Below, piece by piece: positions 17,845 to 28,374 of a stretch of 64,000 bases of DNA; position 1 is the stretch's first letter; every line of letters starts with the position of its first letter. The notes beneath the pieces are model-generated. The model was not told the origin of the DNA. It did no database searches and worked only from the letters and a program-made list of their open reading frames with translations. The translations under genes were made by a program, and so were the position numbers. Origin of the DNA: Syntrophorhabdaceae bacterium (lineage in GTDB: Bacteria > Desulfobacterota > Syntrophorhabdia > Syntrophorhabdales > Syntrophorhabdaceae); the NCBI GenBank assembly GCA_963666485.2, contig CAXXUO010000002.1:128001-192000 (forward strand), given 5' to 3'.

Positions 17845-20711
17845 ATGAAATTCTCTTTCTTCAAATCGATCCGTACTCACCTCATTTTACTGGTCCTTCT
17901 GTCCATCCTGCCGGCACTCGGGATAATCCTTTATTCGGGGTTTGAACGTCAACTCAACGACAAAAGGGAAGCGGAAAAGGCTTCAGCGAGGGTCCTGCAC
18001 GACCTGGCGGAAGACCATGAAAACGCGGTGCAGAGCACCCGGGCGCTCCTTGCCACTCTGTCCAGAACGCCTGAGGTCCAGAACCAGAACGGTCCCGGAT
18101 GCGGCAAGATCCTTGCCGATCTTCTCAAACAGAACCCTCTGTATGCCCAACATTGTTGCAGCCAGAGCCGACGGGATGGTGTATGCCAGCGCAGTGCCCT
18201 CTCCCGCCTTCAGCGTACGTCATCGAAAATTCTTCCAGGACGCGGTGAAGTCGCGTGATTTCTCTGTGGGGGGAATATGTAAAGGGCATCGTCGTGCAAA
18301 GGCCCGTGCTGCACCTCGCGTACCCTGTCATAGACGCAAAGGACCGTTTGACCCGGGGTGCTGGCAGTTGCCCTCGACCTCGCCCGCTACAAGAACATAT
18401 TCCTGGGGGACACATCTGCCCGAAGGCTCGGTATTTGCCATTACCGACCACAAGCATATCCGTCTGTTCCGATACCCTTACCCGGAAAAGTACATGGGGG
18501 ACGCCGATCTTCCCGACATGATCGCGACCATATCGGCCGGGGGAAAAGAAGGGATTTTCACCGCCCCGGGGGTTGACGGCATCAGGCGTCTTTATGCCTA
18601 TGAAAAAGATATATCTCAAGGGAAGCCCATCACCGTATCTTTACATGCGCGTCGGCATACCCGAGGCGAAGGTCCTCGCCGGCGTCAGAAAAACGTTTTT
18701 CATCAACATCCCCCTTCTGTGCCTTGCTGTACTTGTTGCCCTCATACTGGCGTGGCTTATTGGAAATATGGTCGTCACCCGGAGATTGACGAGGCTCGTC
18801 GACGCATCCCTGGAACTGGCCCGGGGCAACCTTAAAGCCCGCAGCGGCCTCAGGCACAGCGAAAGCGAGCTTGGCCAGCTTGCCGCCGCCTTCGATGAAA
18901 TGGCCCAGGCCCTTGAGGACGAGGAAAAAGAGCGGGAGCTTGCAGAACAAAACCTCAAGCTGAGCGAGGAAAAATACCGCGACATCTTCGAGAACGCTAT
19001 CGAAGGCATTTATCGGACCTCCCCGGAAGGCCGGTTTCTCACGGCCAACCCCGCCGCGTGCACGATCCTGGGGTATGATTCCTCACAAGAGCTCGTCGAT
19101 ACCGTAACAGACATACGCAGCCAGATCTACGCCGATCCCGCCGACCGGGACGAGGCGCTCCGGCTGATGAATGAACAGGGCTTCATCAGGAACTTCGAAA
19201 CGCGGTTCCGCCGCAAAGACGGAAATGTTCTCTGGGTGTCGCTGACGGCCCGCCCTGTCTACGATGAAAAAGGCAACCTCCTTCATATAGAGGGGACAAG
19301 CCAGGATATTTCCGACCGCAAACAGGCAGAGGATGCGTTGCGGGAAAGCGATGAACGCTATCGGGTCCTGGTGGAAACGTCCAACGAAGGCATCTGGGTG
19401 ATGGACGGGGACCACGTGACGACGTACGTCAACCAGGCGATGGCCGACATGCTCGGGCACACCCCCTCGGAGATGACCGGGAAAAAGGTCGAGGATTTCT
19501 TTTTCCCCGAGGACATGGAATTTCACCGGGACCGCATGACGGCCCGGCATTCGGGGAAGGACGAAATATATGAACGCCGTTTCAGGAAAAAAGACGGTTC
19601 GGTACTCTGGACGCTGGTTTCAGCCAAGGCGCTCCGCAATGATCAAGGCGGGTTTGCCGGCTCCTTTGCCATGTTCATAGACATTACCGAGGCCAAGTCG
19701 TCACAGGACGCATTGCGACTGAGCGAAGAGCGCTTCCGGGCCCTGACGACAGCTACCAGCGATGTCGTGTATCACATGTCCGCGGATTGGAGGGAAATGC
19801 TCTATCTCGATGACCAGGGCTTCATTCCCGGTACTGAAAAGTCGAGTGCCGGGTGGCTTTCAAAATATATCCATCCTGATGACCGGGACCGCGTAACGGC
19901 GGTCATCAAGGAGGCCATCCGGAGCAAAAGGGTCTTTGAGTTTGAGCACCGGGTCATCAGGGCGGACGGCAGCCATGGCTGGGTCTTCTCCCGCGCAGTC
20001 CCTCTTTTGGATGACAGGGGCGAGATCATCGAATGGTTCGGTGCGGCCAGCGATATCACCGGCCGCAAGCAGGCGGAGGAGGACATAAAGAATTCCCTCC
20101 ACGAGAAAGAGATCCTCCTGAAGGAGATCCACCATCGCGTGAAAAACAACCTCATGGTCGTATCGAGCATCCTGAACCTTCAATCGGAAACGATCAGAGA
20201 CAGGAAGGCGAGAGACCTCATCGAGGACTGCCGCAAGAGGGTACAGGCAATGTCACTCGTCCACAACAGGCTCTACCGGTCGTCAGACCTCGCCCACATA
20301 AACTTCAGGGAATACACGGGGGACCTCCTCGCAGACATTGCCCGATCGTACGGGGACCGCGCCGGGAATATTGCCCTTGTGACCGACGTCGGGGACATCA
20401 CCTTCGATATCGACACCGCAATGCCGCTCGGCCTCATCATGAACGAACTCGTCTCGAATGCCATGAAACACGGCTTTTCCGGGGAGAGGAAGGGCACCAT
20501 TACGGTCAGCCTCCACGAAAACAGGGAACACTTCCTGTTCGCCGTCAAAGATGACGGCATAGGTTTTCCCCGTGATATGGATTTTACCGGAACTGAATCA
20601 CTTGGCATGCAGCTCGTCGTTACCCTCGTGTCACAGCTCGAAGGAAGCATAGAGCTTGTGAGGGACAACGGGACGGAGTTCAGGATAACCTTCAGACCGG
20701 AACAAATTTAA
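17845..20711 (+). CDS. Cache-HAMP-PAS x3 HisKA_2-type sensor histidine kinase (5' part split by five +1 homopolymer frameshifts)
   Basis: ORFs 17845, 17942, 18255, 18358 and 18573 join into one protein when one base is removed from each of five runs. H-box KEIHHRVKNNL; NELVSNAMKH and DDGIG. Confidence 0.88.
20097..20693 (+). repeat. Kinase-domain DNA duplicated at about 25890-26486
   Basis: Long near-identical stretches in both copies, e.g. AAGGAGATCCACCA..GTGAAAAACAACCTCATGGTCGT..TCGAGCATCCTGAACCT. Confidence 0.85.
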
Positions 20712-21172
20712 AACAGAGCGGGAAGGATTGATGGGGTCCCGGGTTCCCTGTCAGGGGGGTGACGGGAATCGCCCTCGTCCAGCCGCCCGGGCAGTTCGGG
20801 ACGGTGGGATAATACCCTTCCGGGTTGCGGCAGTAAAAAAAGGTACGCCTGCGGTGCCGGCCCGGCGTAGGGCACGGGTCCGTCATACACGTACGGGTAA
20901 TAGGGGTCACGGTACCCGTAATAGTACGGCGCGTAATAGTAGGAGGGTCCGTAGTACCTCCCCGGGTAATAGACACGGACCGGTCCCCCGCGGTAGTACT
21001 GACCTCCCCCGTGGTAGTAACCCCCGCCGCGGTAGTGATGGCCCCCGCCATGATAGGAATGGCCCCCGCCGCGATGGCCGCCCGAGTGGCCTCCCCGGGC
21101 ACACAACCCGATCGATGCGAGGCTGAGGAAAATGAGTACGGCACTACCGATAATGAGAACCCGGTTTTTCAT
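20708..21172 (-). CDS. Secreted Gly/His/Tyr/Pro-rich protein (frameshift in the A7 run at 20835-20841)
   Basis: RBS GGAGG; signal peptide; GGHxGG and YY repeats. Removing one base restores FYCRNPEGYYPTVPNCPGGW. Confidence 0.75.
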   Translation of the reverse strand: MKNRVLIIGSAVLIFLSLASIGLCARGGHSGGHRGGGHSYHGGGHHYRGGGYYHGGGQYYRGGPVRVYYPGRYYGPSYYYAPYYYGYRDPYYPYVYDGPVPYAGPAPQAYLFLLPQPGRVLSHRPELPGRLDEGDSRHPPDREPGTPSILPALF

Positions 21173-21315
21173 CTCGCGCCTCCCTGCCTGTTACATATAC
21201 TGCAAAACACTTCCTGTCAACAGACATTTTCGGGAGGCTTCAATTTTTGTTCTTCGTCCCGGCGGCCTCATTCATGCGCCGGTGATGTGCGAATTTTGTA
21301 TCCATGAAACATTAC

Positions 21316-21410
21316 TGTCTCATGTGTGAAACACAACTTTGTCCTCGCAGAAATAACAGTCAATGATCTTTAATGGTTATCCGTACATTATTATTGGAAT
21401 ACTTATTGCA
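21316..21410 (+). promoter_or_regulatory. Putative sigma54 promoter with an upstream activator palindrome
   Basis: TGGAATACTTATTGCA (GG-N10-GC) at 21395-21410; palindrome TGTCTCA-TGTG-TGAAACA at 21316-21333. Confidence 0.6.
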
Positions 21411-21489
21411 ATAATATATAACAGTTAAATTCATACTCGACCAAAACGGCTTCGCGAGAAACAAGGGGGGTGTCATAAAACCTTCATTC

Positions 21490-22093
21490 ATGCGGTCCAT
21501 ACGGGTCAAGCTCGTCCTGCTGGTCCTCATTTCAATGATACCGGCGCTGGCGGTGGTCCTCTATTCCGAACGGGCGCTGCGGGATGCCCTCGTCCGGGAT
21601 GCACACGAAAAGTCGCTTCATGATAGTCCTCGGGGTTGCGTCGGAACACGAGCGCACGGTGGAATCCACGCGCAAGCTCCTGTCCGCCATAGCGAAAAAC
21701 CCGGATGTACTGGCGGCGAACGTACCCCGGTGCAACAGGCTTCTTGGCGACATCCTCGCAGAGAATCCCATCTACGCGAATATCTTCCTCGTGCATTCGG
21801 GAGGAGAGGTTTTCGCTTCCGGTCTGAAACCCTTCAAACCGCACAGTGTCACAAACAGAAAATACTACAAAGACGCAACGAACACGGGGAAATTCTCCGC
21901 CGGCGAGTATGTTATGGCCGTCACGGCGAAAATACCCGTCATTCATTTTGCCCACCCCGTGCATACCGGCTCCGTCGGACTGCAGCTGGTCATTGCGCTG
22001 GCTGAACAGTTGGACGGACGCCTCGAGATTGACAGGGATCGAGGCGCCGCCTTTACCCTGACCTTTCCCGGAAAGGAGGGCCGTAATGGATAA
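21490..22093 (+). pseudogene. Internally deleted Cache sensor kinase (N-terminal Cache fused to the last HATPase strands)
   Basis: The N-terminus is paralogous to the 17845 gene (SIRVKLVLLVLISMIPAL...NPIYANI...FSAGEY...IHFAHPV), then jumps at about 21965 to GSVGLQLVIALAEQLDGRLEIDRDRGAAFTLTF. There is also a frameshift near 21610-21620. Confidence 0.8.
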
Positions 22094-25000
22094 CAGGAAG
22101 ACCATCCTCCTCGTGGAGGATGAAGCGCTCATCGCGATCGCACAGAAGAAGACCCTCGAGAAATACGGGTACGCGGTCGTTATGGCCCATTCCGGGGAGA
22201 AGGCCATGGAGACGGTCCGCACCACGGCGGGCATCAGCCTCATCCTCATGGACATAAACCTCGGGAGGGGAAAGATGGACGGCACCGAAACCGCCGAACG
22301 CATCCTCGAGGACCACGATATCCCCGTCCTCTTCCTTTCCAGCTACACCCAGGCCGAGATCGTCGAGAAGACGGAAAAGATCACGTCCTACGGTTATGTC
22401 GTCAAGGACTCCGGCGAGACGGTCCTCAATGCCTCGATCAAGATGGCGTTCAAGCTGCACGAGGCCCACCGTGAACTCAAGGAAACCAAAGATGTCGCGC
22501 AGAGATACCTCAACGTGGCCGCCGAGATCATCGTTTCCCTGGACACACGGGGGAGGATCACCCTGCTCAACGACAGCGGGCATAAGCTTCTCGGATATGA
22601 GAACGGTGAGCTCATAGGAAAGGGCTGGTTTGATACGTGCACCCCTGAAAGGCTTAAGAACGAGCTGAACCAGGTCTTCGCGGCACTGGCGGAGGGAGGG
22701 TGTGAACAGACAGACGTCCTGACCTACGAGAACCCGGTCGTCACGAAGAACGGGGAGGAACTGACCATCCTGTGGCACAACACGGTCATCAGGAACGATG
22801 AGGGAAAGATCATTGCCGTGCTGAGCTCGGGCGAGAATATCACGGAACGTAAAAGGGCCGAGGAGGCGCTCCGGGAGAGCGAAAAGGCCATGCGGGCCTT
22901 TTTCGATGCCGTGCACGAGACGGTGGTCCTCATCGACACGGAAGGGACCATAATCCTGGCGAATACCGTCGTGGCCGAGAGGCTGGGCACAACGGTCGAA
23001 AAACTTGCCGGCACCTGCCTGTATGACCATTTCCCCCCCGATGTGGCATCGTACAGGAAGGAACGGTACGACAGGGCCATGGAAACGGGCCTGCCCGCCT
23101 TTTTTGAAGATACGAGGGGGCCACGGAGCTTTGAGCATCATTGCCAGCCTGTCCTGACGGCGGACGGAAAGGTAGCGGGCCTGACCATATTTGCCTACGA
23201 GACAACCTCGCACAAGAAGACTGAGACCGCGCTTCGGGAGAGTGAGGAGAAATATCGCTCGCTCTTTGAAAATGCCATAGAGGGGATCTTCCAGACGACC
23301 CCGGAAGGGAAGTACCTGTCCGCTAACCCCGCACTGGCGAGGTTTTTCGGCTATGACTCACCCCAAGAGCTCATGGAGGCGACCATCGATATCGGTACCC
23401 AGCGCTACACAGACCCCGGGGAGCGCCAGAAGTTTATGGATGCCTTCGAGGCTCAGGGTGTGATCAGGGACTTCGAGGTACGGCTCGTCAGGAAGGACGG
23501 GAACCCCGTGTGGACGTCGATGAACGCCCGGGCCGTCAGGGACGAACAGGGCGCGATACTGTACTACGAAGGCACCGTCGAGAACATCACCACCCGCAAG
23601 ATGGCCGAGGAGGAGGCGACCAGGGAAAGGGAGAAACTGAGGACCCTTTTCGACAACGCCCCTTTCGGGATGGTCCTTATCGATGAGGCCGGACGTTTCA
23701 TCTACGTCAACGCCAGATTCACGGAACTCCTGGGGTATGACCTGTCCGATGTCCCCGACGGCAGGGCATGGTTCAGGAAAGCTTACCCTGATGCCGAATA
23801 CAGACATTCCGTGGTCGCCGCGTGGAAAGAGGACCTCGGGAACGCCGGGCCGGGCGAACGAAGGCCGCGGACCTTTACTGTCGCCTGCAAGGACGGCTTG
23901 CGAAAGATAGTCAACTTCATCCCTTCCCGGCTCAGCACCGGGGACAACCTGATGACCTGCGAGGACATCACGAACCGCAAGCGCGTCGAAGACGAGTTGA
24001 AGCGGCTGAAGACATTCCATGAAGAGATCACCGAATCGATCGTCAACGGGGTATGGGTGTCCGATAAGGATGACGTTCTCATATACTGCAACCGCGGTAT
24101 GGGGGTCATTGCCGGTGTATCCCCTCACTTGATGGTGGGGACACACCTGTGGCGGGGTTTTTCCGAAGAGACGGTGGCAAAGTTCAAGGAACATTACATG
24201 TCGGCCAAAGAATCGCTGAAACCGGTACCCTATGACGCCGTCCCCGTCGTGACCCCTGCCGGACGGTCCACCTACCAGTCAGGCTGGCTCATCCCCCTCG
24301 TCGAGGAAGGACAATTCCACGGCATGATCTGTACGGTGGAAGACATCACGGAGAGGAAGCAGGCCGAAACGGTGCTGCGCGAGAGCGAAGAGAAGTTCAG
24401 GCTTCTCGTTGAAAATTTACCGCAAAGGATCTTCCTCAAGGACCGCCTCTCCAATTACATGAGCTGCAACCGCCACTATGCCCGTGACATGGGCATCGAG
24501 CCCGAGGCAATAACCGGCAGGACCGATTACGAGTTTTACCCCCGGGAACTGGCGGAGAAATACCGGGCAGACGACAGGGAGGTTATCGAGTCCGGCAGGG
24601 CAATCTCTGTGGAAGAGAAATACCTGTCTTCGGGCAGGCAGCAGTGGATATGGACGACCAAGGTCCCCTACCGTGATGCGAACGGCGATATTTCAGGTGT
24701 CATGGGCATTTTCGAAGACATCACGGAACGGAAAAACATTACCGAGAAACTCTTTAAAGAACAGGAGCGCCTCAGGATCATCTTCGACGCATCGCCTGCA
24801 GGCATTATCATTGTCGACCGCGCGGGGACCATCACGTTTGCCAACGAGAAGACGGCCGAGATGTTCGGCTGCACGCTCGCTGAACTCATCGGTTCCGCGT
24901 ACCCGTCCCATGTTCACCCGGACCAGAGGTCCATCGGCGACACAAGGATGCACCAACTCATAGAAGGCACGGTGGACAGCGTCGATACCGAACGGTACTA

Positions 25001-26489
25001 TGTCCGCAAGGACGGTACCGGTTTCTGGGGATATTTGAGCGGCCGCCGCCAGGGTGACGAGAGCGGGACCTTTGTCAACCTTGTCGGGATCATCACGGAT
25101 ATTACATCCCGCAAAGAGGCCGAGACGGCCTTGAAAGAGAGCGAGGAAAAGTACCGCCTTATCTTCGAGAACGCCCTGGAAGGCATATTCCGTACATCCC
25201 CGGAAGGGCGATATCTCGCTGCCAACCCCACCCTGGCCGGCATCCTGGGATATGATTCCCCGCAGGACCTCATCGGGTCTGTTACTGACATCGGCGGCCA
25301 GGTATACGCCGACGCCGGTGATCGCGAAAAAGTTTTCAGGCTCATGCGGGACAATGGTCATATCAAGGGCTTTGAAACACGGTTCCACCGGAAGGACGGG
25401 AGCATTATCTGGGTATCGCTGAACGCCCATCCCGTTTACGACGCACATGGCGGCCTGCTCTACTTCGAAGGGACTGCTCAGGACACCACGGACCGCCACC
25501 GGGCAGAAGACGCCCTCAGGGCAAGCGAAGAAACGATAAGAACACTCCTGAACGCGACATCTGACGCGGTATTTCTTTTAGACAAAGACATGGTCTACCT
25601 CGCTGTAAACGAGATAACTGCACGGCGCCTGGGTAGGAAGGTCGATCAGATCGTGGGCACCAGCGTTTTTGAACTCATCCAGGGGGAGGTTGCCGAGAAA
25701 AGAAATACAATGTTCAGCAAGGTTCTCGACACGGGCAAGCCCGTCGCTTTCACCGATGAAAGGGACGGATTATCGCTCGAGAACACCTTATACCCCGTGT
25801 TCGGTGCCGGGGAGAAGGTCAGGATGGTCGCCGTGTACAGCCGGGATATAACGACAGCCAGGCACACCGAGGAGGCGCTCAGGACCTCTCTCCGCGAGAA
25901 AGAGGTCCTTCTCAAGGAGATCCACCACCGGGTGAAAAACAACCTCATGGTCGTGTCGAGCATCCTGAACCTCCAATCGGAGACGATCGGGGACAGGAAG
26001 GCGAGGGACCTTATCGAGGATTGCCGCAAGAGGATACATGCAATGTCCCTCGTCCACAACAGGCTGTACCGCTCGGCGGACCTCGCCCGGATCAGCTTCA
26101 GCGAATACACCGGGGACCTCCTTTCAGATATTGCCCGCTCGTACGGGGACCGCCCGGGCAATATCGCCCTCGTGACCGACGTAGGGGGCGTCGCCTTCGA
26201 CATCGATACGGCGATACCGATCGGCCTCATCATGAACGAGCTCGTCTCCAACGCTATGAAGCATGCCTTCCCCGGCGAGAGGAAGGGCACCATCGCGGTC
26301 AGCCTCCACCAGGAGGAGGGCGGCTTCAGGCTCTCGGTCAGGGATGACGGGATCGGCTTCCCGGAGGACCTCGATTTTGCCTCCACGGAGTCGTTAGGGA
26401 TGCAGCTCGTCATCACCCTCGTGGAGCAGCTTGACGGAAACATAGAGCTCGTCAGGGGCCACGGGACAGAGTTCAGGATCACCTTCTGA
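22086..26489 (+). CDS. Receiver / multi-PAS / HisKA_2 hybrid histidine kinase (1467 aa)
   Basis: N-terminal REC (LLVEDE, LMDINL, GYVVK), about nine PAS repeats and H-box KEIHHRVKNNL; no TM segment. Confidence 0.93.
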   Translation: MDNRKTILLVEDEALIAIAQKKTLEKYGYAVVMAHSGEKAMETVRTTAGISLILMDINLGRGKMDGTETAERILEDHDIPVLFLSSYTQAEIVEKTEKITSYGYVVKDSGETVLNASIKMAFKLHEAHRELKETKDVAQRYLNVAAEIIVSLDTRGRITLLNDSGHKLLGYENGELIGKGWFDTCTPERLKNELNQVFAALAEGGCEQTDVLTYENPVVTKNGEELTILWHNTVIRNDEGKIIAVLSSGENITERKRAEEALRESEKAMRAFFDAVHETVVLIDTEGTIILANTVVAERLGTTVEKLAGTCLYDHFPPDVASYRKERYDRAMETGLPAFFEDTRGPRSFEHHCQPVLTADGKVAGLTIFAYETTSHKKTETALRESEEKYRSLFENAIEGIFQTTPEGKYLSANPALARFFGYDSPQELMEATIDIGTQRYTDPGERQKFMDAFEAQGVIRDFEVRLVRKDGNPVWTSMNARAVRDEQGAILYYEGTVENITTRKMAEEEATREREKLRTLFDNAPFGMVLIDEAGRFIYVNARFTELLGYDLSDVPDGRAWFRKAYPDAEYRHSVVAAWKEDLGNAGPGERRPRTFTVACKDGLRKIVNFIPSRLSTGDNLMTCEDITNRKRVEDELKRLKTFHEEITESIVNGVWVSDKDDVLIYCNRGMGVIAGVSPHLMVGTHLWRGFSEETVAKFKEHYMSAKESLKPVPYDAVPVVTPAGRSTYQSGWLIPLVEEGQFHGMICTVEDITERKQAETVLRESEEKFRLLVENLPQRIFLKDRLSNYMSCNRHYARDMGIEPEAITGRTDYEFYPRELAEKYRADDREVIESGRAISVEEKYLSSGRQQWIWTTKVPYRDANGDISGVMGIFEDITERKNITEKLFKEQERLRIIFDASPAGIIIVDRAGTITFANEKTAEMFGCTLAELIGSAYPSHVHPDQRSIGDTRMHQLIEGTVDSVDTERYYVRKDGTGFWGYLSGRRQGDESGTFVNLVGIITDITSRKEAETALKESEEKYRLIFENALEGIFRTSPEGRYLAANPTLAGILGYDSPQDLIGSVTDIGGQVYADAGDREKVFRLMRDNGHIKGFETRFHRKDGSIIWVSLNAHPVYDAHGGLLYFEGTAQDTTDRHRAEDALRASEETIRTLLNATSDAVFLLDKDMVYLAVNEITARRLGRKVDQIVGTSVFELIQGEVAEKRNTMFSKVLDTGKPVAFTDERDGLSLENTLYPVFGAGEKVRMVAVYSRDITTARHTEEALRTSLREKEVLLKEIHHRVKNNLMVVSSILNLQSETIGDRKARDLIEDCRKRIHAMSLVHNRLYRSADLARISFSEYTGDLLSDIARSYGDRPGNIALVTDVGGVAFDIDTAIPIGLIMNELVSNAMKHAFPGERKGTIAVSLHQEEGGFRLSVRDDGIGFPEDLDFASTESLGMQLVITLVEQLDGNIELVRGHGTEFRITF

Positions 26490-26516
26490 GCCTGCCTGCG
26501 GCGGCTCATTCAGGTT

Positions 26517-27077
26517 TCAAACATCTTTTTCTTTGTCCCATATCGTGCGCAAAATAGGGATCATAACGGCAAATATACATGAGAGCAGGAAATATAAGAC
26601 GATAGCTATCAGGGGGCTGGAACTGGCGCCGAGGAAGATAAAAAGGATCGAGATTCCCAGGAAGGCATACAAGACGATCAGTTTGATCGCGAGGGCCTCG
26701 TATTTCAGGAAACCCCAGCCTAAGTTCGCCACGAGGCCGACGGCATACGTCAAAAAGCCGGGGTATAGGAAAAACAACGCGATCGAAGCAGCTGTGACAA
26801 TTATTCTCGCCTTTTTATCTTTGGCCTTTTGTTCCTGTCTTGCCAGCTTCGCTTTTACACGATTATTGAGCACCTCCCAGTTCCGGCAGACCTCTTTGCA
26901 CTCCTTGCATATTGCCGTGTCCTGGTAGATCCTTCCCAACGTGCTCGGCAGCGGCGCGATCTCACCAAAACGGTACCTGGCCCCGCAATGGTCGCAGACC
27001 CACGCGTACCCTTCGGCCACGTCCTTTTCATGGTAAAGAGAGAGGGTATCGTCTTCCATAACATTTTTTACGGGCAT
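26517..27077 (-). CDS. Hypothetical membrane protein with an N-terminal Zn-ribbon-like region
   Basis: CDHC...CKECKEVC followed by about four TM segments; start uncertain. Confidence 0.6.
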   Translation of the reverse strand: MPVKNVMEDDTLSLYHEKDVAEGYAWVCDHCGARYRFGEIAPLPSTLGRIYQDTAICKECKEVCRNWEVLNNRVKAKLARQEQKAKDKKARIIVTAASIALFFLYPGFLTYAVGLVANLGWGFLKYEALAIKLIVLYAFLGISILFIFLGASSSPLIAIVLYFLLSCIFAVMIPILRTIWDKEKDV

Positions 27078-27351
27078 GGGCTTCCCCCGTCCCGCCCTCA
27101 AAGATAGGGCCTTATTTGGTTTTCGAGAGATCGCGTTTGCCTGTGTTCGCTCGCCCGGCAAGCCTTAACTGATCATATCCGTGAGAAATGATTGAATACT
27201 CGTATGATATCAGTCAAAAAACGTCAAGGCAATATCATTTTAGCAACTCCTTTGTCTCTCTGGACATTTCCGAAGAGACACACTATGATAGTCTCAACAT
27301 ATCTCAGGCGCCCATTTCGAAAAAAATATGTGATCCCACGGGGGGAGATCA

Positions 27352-28374
27352 GTGACGAACGATACGTACATTGTCGAGCCGTTCAAGCCGGCTGATGCCG
27401 AAGGAGTGTCGCGGCTTTTTTCCGAGGTCTACGGCGACAGGTATCCTGTCAGGACGGTGTACGAACCGGACCAGTTGATCGCTGCCAGTCGCGGGGGGCG
27501 GTATTTTCCCTTTTGCGTTCATGACAGGTCGGGAAAGGTGATAGGGTACGGGGCACTCAACTCTTCCGCCCCCTTCCGGGGGATATACGAGTTTGTCCAG
27601 GGCGTGGTCTCTCCCGATTGCCAGGGAGGGGGCATCGGCACACTCCTCTTTGAGTTCGTTGAAAAATACATGCCCACCCTGCCCCACTGTGAGGTGTATT
27701 TCGGTGAGGCGGTCTGCAACCACATACACACGCAGAAGGCCGGGGCCCTGATCAAGACCATAGAGACCGGGATCGAGGTGGACCTTTTGCCGGGGAACCA
27801 GTATGGCAAACGCGACGATGCCCCGGTACGGGTGGCGGCGGTCGACATGTTCAGGACGTTCGTCCCGAAACCGCAGGTCGTATACGTACCGGCCGTCTAT
27901 GACGAGATCGCCCGTTATATTTACGGCGGCTTTGACGATAGCCGCACGATCCGCAACGCGGCAGGGCCCGAAACCGGTACCGGCCCGCTGACGCAGATGT
28001 CCGTCAGCGCATTCGAATCCGCGCATGTGGCCCGCATATCCGTCCCGGTCGTTGGTCCTGACTTCATGGAGCAGTTCAACAAAGAACAGGAAATGCTCGC
28101 CGGCCGGGACATCCGGGTCATCCAGGCGTGGCTCAATATTTCACGGCCTGTGGCCGCCGCAATGACGGAGGAGTTGAGAAGGCACGGGTATTTCTTCGGG
28201 GCCTTCTGCCCCCGGTGGTTCGATGAAGATTGCGTGCTCATGCAGCGCATCATCGGTGACCCTGACTGGGACCATATCCATCTCTATTCCGGAAGGTCCG
28301 GGAAGATACTGGAATTCATTCGCTCCGATTGGAAAGAAACCGCCGGAACGGAACGTGAGGCCCCTCATGAATAA
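27352..28374 (+). CDS. GNAT-family N-acetyltransferase
   Basis: Acetyl-CoA motif VVSPDCQGGGIGTLL; FGEAVCNH..TQK; RBS GGGGAG before GTG. Confidence 0.8.
   Translation: MTNDTYIVEPFKPADAEGVSRLFSEVYGDRYPVRTVYEPDQLIAASRGGRYFPFCVHDRSGKVIGYGALNSSAPFRGIYEFVQGVVSPDCQGGGIGTLLFEFVEKYMPTLPHCEVYFGEAVCNHIHTQKAGALIKTIETGIEVDLLPGNQYGKRDDAPVRVAAVDMFRTFVPKPQVVYVPAVYDEIARYIYGGFDDSRTIRNAAGPETGTGPLTQMSVSAFESAHVARISVPVVGPDFMEQFNKEQEMLAGRDIRVIQAWLNISRPVAAAMTEELRRHGYFFGAFCPRWFDEDCVLMQRIIGDPDWDHIHLYSGRSGKILEFIRSDWKETAGTEREAPHE

Noticed and set aside
17845..18835. Separate small genes or programmed frameshifting in the kinase 5' region
   Set aside because: All pieces join into one Cache domain via single-base homopolymer corrections; I saw no slippery-site plus structure signature.
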